Counted from the stretch's first letter, positions 6,700-11,707 are shown. The stretch: DNA of 46,261 bases from a virus (IMGVR_UViG_3300008807_000161:1-46261); one strand, 5' to 3'. The notes: a model not told the origin generated them from the letters alone. Numbers and translations are program-made.

Positions 6700-7551
6700 T
6701 TAGAACGGCGGCGTGCGGTCGTCGTCACCATCGGCATGGATAGTTGTGGCGTCGCCATTCGTGGGCGTCGTGTCGTAGTCGTCGGCTACAACGGGCATCT
6801 GCGACACAAGTTCGCGATACTGGCGGCGAATCTCGCTGACAAGACGCAGCGATTCCACGTCCTTGATCTGGCTGTCCACCGTCACTTGGACAACGTTGTA
6901 GGTTTCACCACCTTGCGCCTTGGCAGAGTCAAGGGTGAATTTGGTCTTGACGCCAAAGTACGCGCCGCGCTTCGATGCCAGGGCAGAGCAATAGTTATCC
7001 CATGCTTTGATGCTGGTGGGCGGCAAGGCCATGATTGCGGGCAATGCCCATCCGTCGATCAGCAAGAGTAGGCGGCGGAGTTCCTTGCAGCCCTTCCCCT
7101 TCCCTGCACCGCCGCGCCGCTGGTGTTCGCTGCCCCACTGATTTAGCGGGCAAGTGGCACAGCCATAGAATTCGGGCAGCGGCTTGTTTTCGCTCAGGGC
7201 GATGACACCAGGATGCGGCGTGCGTGCGCTGGTGGCAGCCTTGAATTGCTCGTCGCTCAGTTCGGCGTTGAAGATGCCAATGCTGCCGTCCGGCGAAGAA
7301 CAGATCGGAGCGTTGCCCGTGCCGCTGTCAGGCCAGTAGCCGCGCACCTTCTGCGAGATGGCGACTACGGCCACAAAGCTCTTGGCGGTATCGTCGCCCA
7401 TGAGAAACTGCCCAATGCCACCTGGAGCGACTTTCACCTTGGCGGGTTGCAGGTCAAAGGCGGCGGTCTCCTGCTCCATTTCGGCCATGATCAACGCTTC
7501 AGCGTCGGTCAGTTGGATTTGGCCCCCTTGAAACTTTGTCAATGCGTTCAT
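6700..7551 (-). CDS. Early protein with an SSB-like acidic C-terminal tip. Possible ssDNA-binding or recombination protein.
   Basis: 283 aa. Cys cluster CSSPDG...CATCPLNQWGS...GKGCKE. The C-terminus HADGDDDRTPPF resembles the acidic tail ending in Phe of bacterial SSB (DDDIPF). Confidence 0.6.
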   Translation of the reverse strand: MNALTKFQGGQIQLTDAEALIMAEMEQETAAFDLQPAKVKVAPGGIGQFLMGDDTAKSFVAVVAISQKVRGYWPDSGTGNAPICSSPDGSIGIFNAELSDEQFKAATSARTPHPGVIALSENKPLPEFYGCATCPLNQWGSEHQRRGGAGKGKGCKELRRLLLLIDGWALPAIMALPPTSIKAWDNYCSALASKRGAYFGVKTKFTLDSAKAQGGETYNVVQVTVDSQIKDVESLRLVSEIRRQYRELVSQMPVVADDYDTTPTNGDATTIHADGDDDRTPPF

Positions 7552-7580
7552 GGTTCTATGGTTCCTTGTGGTCTAGGTGT

Positions 7581-7600
7581 GGGGATGGTTGCCCACCCCC
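7581..7600 (-). other. Intercistronic stem-loop with a GNRA-type loop on the transcript.
   Basis: Minus-strand RNA is GGGGGUGG-GCAA-CCAUCCCC (8-bp stem including one G-U). On the plus strand this position is an A-C mismatch, which favours the minus-strand transcript. Confidence 0.55.
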
Positions 7601-7618
7601 TTTGATTCGATGGCGGTG

Positions 7619-8071
7619 CTAGATGGTCGAAGCGCGCAAGACCTGCGTTTTCACGTCTGCGATCTTGCGGAGGGCGTTGAACCTCGTCTCGGCTTGCTGC
7701 AATTCAACTTGCGACTGTTCGTAGCTGCGGCGAATGCGTTCAGCCTTCGACCACAGATGCGCCAAAATGCCCTTGCGAAGATCGTTCTTGAGCTTTGTCA
7801 AGGCAATGTCGTAGGCTTTCGACGTGGCAGCGATGCCGCCAAGCGGCCCCTCCTTTTGCTGGGCCATCACGATCACCTCAGACAATTCTTCGAGTTCAGC
7901 GGTCTCATAGCTGTCGAGGGCGTCGCGGTAGTTGCTGTGCCACTGGCGTTCGTCGGCAATGGCGGCTTCCAGCGTTTCGCTGGCGACTTGCATTTGGGCA
8001 ATGATGCTTTCGGCCTCACCGATGGTGGTGTTCAGCGGGTTCTGGATCGTGAAATTCGGGTAATTGTTCAC
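7619..8071 (-). CDS. Hypothetical coiled-coil protein (150 aa).
   Basis: GTG start at 8071, preceded by CACAAGGAAC. Helical, heptad-like sequence. Confidence 0.6.
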   Translation of the reverse strand: MNNYPNFTIQNPLNTTIGEAESIIAQMQVASETLEAAIADERQWHSNYRDALDSYETAELEELSEVIVMAQQKEGPLGGIAATSKAYDIALTKLKNDLRKGILAHLWSKAERIRRSYEQSQVELQQAETRFNALRKIADVKTQVLRASTI

Positions 8072-8104
8072 TGTGTCGAGTTCCTTGTGCGTTGGTTAGG
8101 TGTT

Positions 8105-8127
8105 GCCCCTGGTATCGTGCCAGGGGC
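8105..8127 (-). other. Intercistronic GC-rich stem-loop.
   Basis: GCCCCTGG (8105..8112), 7-nt loop, CCAGGGGC (8120..8127). On the transcript it is followed by ACACCTAACCAACGCACAAGGAAC, homologous to the box at 7561..7580. Confidence 0.55.
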
Positions 8128-8151
8128 TTGGATTGCGATGGAGATGCCTTG

Positions 8152-8508
8152 CTAGGCGTAGATGATGTCGCCATCGGGTTCCGGCGTGAGTTGACGACGC
8201 TGCACGATGTCGGTGGCGAGATTCACGTCGTCGTGCGCCCACTCTGGGGCCGGTGGCACGGCAAAATCGGACGCTTCGTCACAAAACGACGGCACGTACT
8301 TCTTGTCGGCAGAGAAGTCGGTGCTGGCGTGCCAGTCGGCATCGGCCACGATGTCGGAGATGCTGCTTTCCAAAAAAGAGCGCACGGCCTTCAGGTATTG
8401 CTCAGATGTATACTCCCATGCCGTCTCATCTTTGGCGGCGATCTTGGTCGCAGCGGCCATAATCTGCTCTGGCGTGATGATGATGGGCTTGATTACTCGG
8501 CTGTTCAT
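8152..8508 (-). CDS. Strongly acidic hypothetical early protein (118 aa).
   Basis: About 21 Asp/Glu versus about 10 Lys/Arg by hand count. No motif. Confidence 0.6.
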   Translation of the reverse strand: MNSRVIKPIIITPEQIMAAATKIAAKDETAWEYTSEQYLKAVRSFLESSISDIVADADWHASTDFSADKKYVPSFCDEASDFAVPPAPEWAHDDVNLATDIVQRRQLTPEPDGDIIYA

Positions 8509-8551
8509 GGTTCGGTCTTTCTTAAGCTAGATGCTTTTGGGCGATGGTGGC

Positions 8552-8573
8552 GGGGAGTGGTTTCCCACTCCCC
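8552..8573 (-). other. Intercistronic stem-loop with a GAAA tetraloop on the transcript.
   Basis: GGGGAGTGG (8552..8560), TTTC, CCACTCCCC (8565..8573). This is a 9-bp perfect stem, and the minus-strand loop is GAAA. Confidence 0.6.
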
Positions 8574-8581
8574 TGATTCCC

Positions 8582-8914
8582 CTAGAAGCGAATTTCGCTC
8601 TCAAGTGCATCGTCAACCAGGGCCATGTGGTCGAGATGCCGCTTGTACATCTCGTCGATCCAGGCGTCCTCGTCGGCTTGCTGCTGCGCCGCCAAGACCG
8701 CTTTGGCGAACTCAATCGCCGCTGCGAGGGGCATGACCACCTGCAACTTGTGGTCGTAGCCATCGGCGTTGGTCGATTCCAAGACCACCACCTCGGTGTC
8801 GCTGAAAACCGGCTCGCCGTTGACCCAAGTGTGCGTGCTTTGGGTTTCGGCCTTGACTACGAAGTTGCGGCCTTCGCTGTTGAACTGGTGGGAAATCTGT
8901 GATACGATGGGCAT
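8582..8914 (-). CDS. Hypothetical protein, first gene of the leftward early operon.
   Basis: ATG 8914 lies about 90 nt downstream of the consensus leftward promoter. Confidence 0.65.
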   Translation of the reverse strand: MPIVSQISHQFNSEGRNFVVKAETQSTHTWVNGEPVFSDTEVVVLESTNADGYDHKLQVVMPLAAAIEFAKAVLAAQQQADEDAWIDEMYKRHLDHMALVDDALESEIRF

Positions 8915-8994
8915 TGCTGAACGTCCTTTCAGTGTTGTGGCCCGTTGGGTGTCGCTATCACCTGGCGGGTCTTTTTCTTTTCCGTTGGGCGAAT

Positions 8995-9014
8995 ATCTTT
9001 TCGCTTGAAAAGAT
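8995..9014. promoter_or_regulatory. Operator OL-a, a perfect 20-bp palindrome ATCTTTTCGCTTGAAAAGAT.
   Basis: The 8-bp arms ATCTTTTC / GAAAAGAT are perfect. It overlaps the -10 and the predicted start of the leftward promoter. The 16-bp core is identical to the reverse complement of 11354..11369. Confidence 0.75.
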
Positions 9015-9041
9015 TATACCTAATTTCTTTTCGATTGTCAA
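9013..9041 (-). promoter_or_regulatory. Leftward early promoter (PL-like), consensus TTGACA-N17-TATAAT.
   Basis: Plus strand has ATTATA at 9013..9018 and TGTCAA at 9036..9041 with a 17-nt spacer. On the minus strand this reads TTGACA-N17-TATAAT. Confidence 0.8.
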
Positions 9042-9044
9042 GTG
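9025..9044. promoter_or_regulatory. Operator OL-b (14/20 match), overlapping the -35.
   Basis: TTCTTTTCGATTGTCAAGTG. Its centre is 30 bp from OL-a. Confidence 0.5.
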
Positions 9045-9054
9045 CCAAAATGCA

Positions 9055-9074
9055 AAGTATTCGCTCGAAAAGAT
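9055..9074. promoter_or_regulatory. Operator OL-c (15/20 match), upstream of the -35.
   Basis: AAGTATTCGCTCGAAAAGAT. Its centre is 60 bp from OL-a. Confidence 0.55.
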
Positions 9075-9084
9075 TCCTGGCAAC

Positions 9085-9108
9085 AAAAAAAACCGCCACG
9101 ATGGGCGG
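9085..9108 (-). terminator. Candidate intrinsic terminator after the integrase gene.
   Basis: Minus strand reads CCGCC-CATCGT-GGCGG followed by T8 (plus-strand A8 at 9085..9092). The stem is short (5 bp). Confidence 0.5.
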
Positions 9109-9157
9109 GCTTGCTGCGACTTTGTTGTGGTATCAGGTGGGCGGTGATCGGGGATTG

Positions 9158-10108
9158 CTAGAGATTGTCCACTGCGCCAAATTGTTCGTGCGCTGTCTGT
9201 AAATCGTCGTCAACCAACTTGACGTAGCGGTTGATGACGCTTAGGTCACTGTGGCCTAATAGCCGCTGCAAAGCTAAAACGTTCATGCCATTACGAAGGC
9301 AGTTGAGGGCAAAGGCGCGCCGGAAACTATGGGGACTCGGTTCGGGGATGCCAGCATCCTCGGCGCGTCGCCGCAATATCTGGCGTATGCCATCCTGATT
9401 TAACCGTTTGCCGTCCCGCGCACTAATCCAAAGCCCCTCCGTCGCCTTGCGCTTTTCGGTGCGTTCTATGTACCCCAAAAACGCTTCACGCAACCGTAGA
9501 TAGGCCATCAACGCACGGCGCGTCGTTGCGCCCATAAAGACGGCGCGCGCCTTGCCACCCTTGCCACGTCGAATCTGCACGGCGCCATTCTTCATGTCGA
9601 GATCGGTCACAACCAGAGCCGTCATCTCTGCTTTACGGATGCCCGTGTCGAGTAGCAACAGAAGCAATGCGCGGTCACGTTCCCCGGCCAGCGTTCTGCG
9701 CTCACAGGCTGCCAGCATCCTTTGGAAATGTTCGGTTGAAATAGGGTCAAGTGGTTCGATCTTGGGGAGCGCAACCTTTACCTTTTTGGCTGGATTGCGC
9801 CAATTCAGGCCATCATATTCGATTTCAAACCAATTCAGATACGCTTTGACCGAGCGGTAAATGTTCGCCAGTCCACCGGCGTTGTGACCGGCCTCTTCCA
9901 GACTCAACACAAAGAGCCTGAGCAAGTTTGCGGTGATCTGCTGGGTTGCTGTGACCTCGTGGCTGTAACAAAAAGTGGCAAATCGAGCTAGGCAGCTTTT
10001 ATGCCAACCTAGCGTAGACTTCGATACCTTGCGGATTCGACGCTCTAACAGAAAATCTTGTATCTCTTGTTCTAGCCGTGGCGTATGGTCGTCTGTTCTA
10101 TTTGTCAT
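9158..10108 (-). CDS. int: Tyrosine recombinase / phage integrase.
   Basis: LLLDTGIRKAE (Arg), HSFRRAFA (His-x-x-Arg), LLGHSDLSVINRYV (His, catalytic Tyr), plus an N-terminal SAM-like core-binding domain. Confidence 0.9.
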   Translation of the reverse strand: MTNRTDDHTPRLEQEIQDFLLERRIRKVSKSTLGWHKSCLARFATFCYSHEVTATQQITANLLRLFVLSLEEAGHNAGGLANIYRSVKAYLNWFEIEYDGLNWRNPAKKVKVALPKIEPLDPISTEHFQRMLAACERRTLAGERDRALLLLLLDTGIRKAEMTALVVTDLDMKNGAVQIRRGKGGKARAVFMGATTRRALMAYLRLREAFLGYIERTEKRKATEGLWISARDGKRLNQDGIRQILRRRAEDAGIPEPSPHSFRRAFALNCLRNGMNVLALQRLLGHSDLSVINRYVKLVDDDLQTAHEQFGAVDNL

Positions 10109-10181
10109 AGGCGGTCGCTACCCAAAATGGCTTATGCAGCAACCGCCACTCGACTAAAACCTGTCCACCTCACCACATAAG

Positions 10182-10223
10182 TAGCCCCGGTGTGATTCGA
10201 ACACACGACCATCCGCTTAGAAG
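10182..10223 (-). other. attP core candidate: the 3' half of a tRNA-Arg(UCU) (anticodon loop to discriminator).
   Basis: Minus strand reads CTTCTAA-GCGGA-TGGTC-GTGTG-TTCGAAT-CACAC-CGGGGCT-A. These parts are the anticodon loop (TCT), the 3' anticodon stem, the variable loop, the T arm with the canonical TTCGAAT loop, the 3' acceptor strand and the discriminator. The 5' flank (CTCTG) cannot pair with GCGGA, so there is no 5' half. Confidence 0.7.
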
Positions 10224-10299
10224 CAGAGAAAAGGGCAAAACGCTGCGGAAAACAGGCATTTATCGGTGTGGGGCTGCCACGGGTTGATTAGAACAAAGA

Positions 10300-10336
10300 C
10301 CATCTGCCACGGCTTTTTTGCAGAGGTGGCGGATGG
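10300..10336 (-). terminator. Hairpin downstream of the small minus-strand ORF. Weak terminator candidate or part of the attP arm.
   Basis: CCATCTGCCAC (10300..10310) and GTGGCGGATGG (10326..10336) give an 11-bp stem with one mismatch or wobble and a 15-nt loop. On the minus strand it is followed by TCTTTGTTCT. Confidence 0.3.
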
Positions 10337-10347
10337 TTGTGGATTGA

Positions 10348-10482
10348 CTATTTTATTTGGACGGGTTCAAAGCGCACGTCCAGTAGAGCCGGTGGCTCTA
10401 TGTCTTGTTGCGCCCGCGCTGTGAAGGTTGCGACACTGAGCAAGATTGTTGCTGCGAGAGCGGCAATCCATAATTTTCTCAT
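10348..10482 (-). CDS. Small ORF (44 aa) with a signal-peptide-like N-terminus, below the ORF-track cutoff.
   Basis: MRKLWIAALAATILLSVATFTARAQQDIEPPALLDVRFEPVQIK. The SD is weak (AAAGGT). The region has lower GC and lies between attP and the repressor. Confidence 0.3.
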   Translation of the reverse strand: MRKLWIAALAATILLSVATFTARAQQDIEPPALLDVRFEPVQIK

Positions 10483-10505
10483 GATACGCCATACCTTTTG
10501 ACCTA

Positions 10506-10533
10506 TTGACAAACCTTATCATTCCGCTACAAT
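10506..10533 (+). promoter_or_regulatory. Near-consensus rightward promoter in the int-repressor gap.
   Basis: TTGACA (10506..10511), 16-nt spacer, TACAAT (10528..10533). Confidence 0.65.
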
Positions 10534-10548
10534 TGATCAAAGAGTTCA

Positions 10549-10560
10549 GAACAAATGTTC
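10549..10560. promoter_or_regulatory. Cheo-type LexA (SOS) box candidate, GAAC-N4-GTTC.
   Basis: GAACAAATGTTC is a perfect palindrome, and the flanked form is AGAACAAATGTTCC. It lies roughly +8 to +20 from the predicted start of the 10506..10533 promoter. Confidence 0.5.
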
Positions 10561-10587
10561 CATGCCTCACAGGAGAACACGCGCCGC

Positions 10588-10815
10588 ATGGCAAAAAAAT
10601 CTAATACCCCCGGCAAGCCCACTGACGGCAAGGGCAAAGACACAAACACTGCCAAGCCGCAAAAAAAGAAAACGACGGAACGGGACGCCGATTCGAGGCG
10701 CACTCGTCCATCTCGACGCGCGTACAGCTTTTTTGTTGCCAGCATCCCGTCTGAGCGACAAGAAAAACAAATGCGGGGAATCTTCGCCTGGCTTGCTCGC
10801 CTACGCTGCGGGTAA
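10588..10815 (+). CDS. Small lysine/arginine-rich ORF (75 aa) convergent on the repressor gene. Antirepressor candidate, or a non-coding antisense transcript.
   Basis: ATG 10588 lies 12 nt after AGGAG (10571..10575). Sequence is MAKKSNTPGKPTDGKGKDTNTAKPQKKKTTERD... Its 3' end overlaps the repressor 3' end by 15 nt. The coding status is uncertain. Confidence 0.35.
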   Translation: MAKKSNTPGKPTDGKGKDTNTAKPQKKKTTERDADSRRTRPSRRAYSFFVASIPSERQEKQMRGIFAWLARLRCG

Positions 10816-11340
10816 TTGCGGTGCGCTTTTGGGCGGCTGGTCACTATTTCCATAGACTCTCTGATCAAGTCGCCGCAACGTTTCCATAACCAGATCGGTT
10901 TGTTCTGGCCCCGCAATCTCGTCCCCGTAGTCAAGCATCATCTCGATCAACTCTTGCCGAGCCATGCGTCGAATCTCTTCGCTCGATTCCACAAACCCTT
11001 TTGCTACAATATACAGTTCGTAGTTGCGCCCCCGATCCAGTTGACGCATAAACTCCACCACCTCGGCTGCAAAATCCGGCAGAGGGGGTGCGTCACTTGG
11101 CTCTGGATTCCCGGATCGCCCACTCAAATAGTCGGATGATGTAGGGAACCCGCGCGCAATCTTCTCCACGGTGTCAGAGCGCGGATTTTGCCGATTGCCA
11201 CTGAGAATGTTAGATATGCTGCCTTCGCTGACGCCGGATGCTCGGCTCAAGTCTGCGACAGACATTCCCTTGATGCGTAATAAGTCTTCTATTCGATCCG
11301 CTACGATAGACCTCTGTTTTGCCATATCACCATAATACAT
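10801..11340 (-). CDS. CI-like repressor: XRE-family HTH with a helical C-terminal domain and no S24 peptidase domain.
   Basis: HTH segment LLRIKGMSVADLSRASGVSEGSISNILSGNRQNPRSDTVEKIARGF. It is divergent from the Cro-like gene across the operators. The start may be ATG 11340 or ATG 11325 (MAKQRS). Confidence 0.8.
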   Translation of the reverse strand: MYYGDMAKQRSIVADRIEDLLRIKGMSVADLSRASGVSEGSISNILSGNRQNPRSDTVEKIARGFPTSSDYLSGRSGNPEPSDAPPLPDFAAEVVEFMRQLDRGRNYELYIVAKGFVESSEEIRRMARQELIEMMLDYGDEIAGPEQTDLVMETLRRLDQRVYGNSDQPPKSAPQLPAA

Positions 11341-11361
11341 AATCTGGCCCTACCTTTTCAA
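11332..11361 (-). promoter_or_regulatory. Candidate maintenance promoter (PRM-like) that could give a leaderless repressor mRNA.
   Basis: Minus strand reads TTGAAA (11361..11356), 18 nt, TATTAT (11337..11332), GGTGAT, then ATG at 11325. The -35 lies inside operator OR-a. Confidence 0.3.
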
Positions 11362-11371
11362 GCGAAAAGCA
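11352..11371. promoter_or_regulatory. Operator OR-a, a perfect 16-bp palindromic core CTTTTCAAGCGAAAAG.
   Basis: The core at 11354..11369 is the exact reverse complement of the OL-a core at 8997..9012. Confidence 0.75.
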
Positions 11372-11385
11372 TTGTTGCCGCGAAG

Positions 11386-11405
11386 TTCTTGACGAATGAA
11401 AAGTT
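11386..11405. promoter_or_regulatory. Operator OR-b (14/20), overlapping the -35 of the rightward promoter.
   Basis: TTCTTGACGAATGAAAAGTT. Confidence 0.5.
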
Positions 11406-11417
11406 TTGATCTATTAT
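11389..11417 (+). promoter_or_regulatory. Rightward early promoter (PR-like), TTGACG-N17-TATTAT.
   Basis: TTGACG at 11389..11394, a 17-nt spacer, then TATTAT at 11412..11417, followed by the GGAGGG SD and ATG 11450. Confidence 0.75.
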
Positions 11418-11435
11418 TATTTCAATCGAAAAGAA
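11416..11435. promoter_or_regulatory. Operator OR-c (14/20), overlapping the -10 and start of the rightward promoter.
   Basis: ATTATTTCAATCGAAAAGAA. Its centre is 30 bp from OR-b. Confidence 0.5.
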
Positions 11436-11449
11436 ACGGAGGGTTTACG

Positions 11450-11671
11450 ATGTCTGAAATCGAACGGCTCGACAACTGGATGCGCGAACACGGCTACAGC
11501 AAGCGCACGATGGCAGAAGCAGTCGGTATGAGCTATGACGGCTTTTATCAAATCTTTTGGCGCAAGAAGATCAGTCCCGGCTTCAAGTTGCGTTTTATTA
11601 ACCGCTTTGGTGCTGATGCCGCAGATCGCGTTTTTGACAAGCCAGCACTCCCTCGACTCGAACCCGTGTAG
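11450..11671 (+). CDS. Cro-like small HTH regulator (73 aa).
   Basis: ORF 11396..11671 trimmed to ATG 11450, which follows ACGGAGGG. Sequence is MSEIERLDNWMREHGYSKRTMAEAVGMSYDGFYQIF. It is divergent from the repressor. Confidence 0.75.
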   Translation: MSEIERLDNWMREHGYSKRTMAEAVGMSYDGFYQIFWRKKISPGFKLRFINRFGADAADRVFDKPALPRLEPV

Positions 11672-11675
11672 TCTC

Positions 11676-11707
11676 CCTGTCACTCAGAATAGCGACTGAC
11701 TGACAGG
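11676..11707 (+). other. Stem-loop in the gap after the Cro-like gene.
   Basis: CCTGTCA (11676..11682) pairs with TGACAGG (11701..11707). An alternative stem is GTCACTCAG / CTGACTGAC. No U-run follows. Confidence 0.35.

Noticed and set aside
10182-10223. A complete phage-encoded tRNA gene.
   Set aside because: Only the anticodon loop to the discriminator is present. The sequence 5' of the loop (CTCTG) cannot form the anticodon stem, and no D arm or 5' acceptor strand follows. It is better explained as the attP core.
10591-10660. The A7 runs (GCAAAAAAATC and CAAAAAAAGAAAA) in the small basic ORF as additional programmed frameshift or phase-variation sites.
   Set aside because: No extended alternative frame with coding character follows them. 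Lys-rich coding or simple low-complexity sequence explains the runs. Unlike the tail chaperone site, there is no conserved precedent at this position.
10527-10934. ORFs 10527..10934 (-), 10367..10594 (-), 10562..10855 (+) and 10567..10770 (-) in the int-repressor gap.
   Set aside because: They are mutually overlapping frames across a low-complexity A/G-rich stretch. 10527..10934 overlaps the repressor gene out of frame, and none has an SD. Only the frame starting at ATG 10588 after AGGAG was retained, at low confidence.
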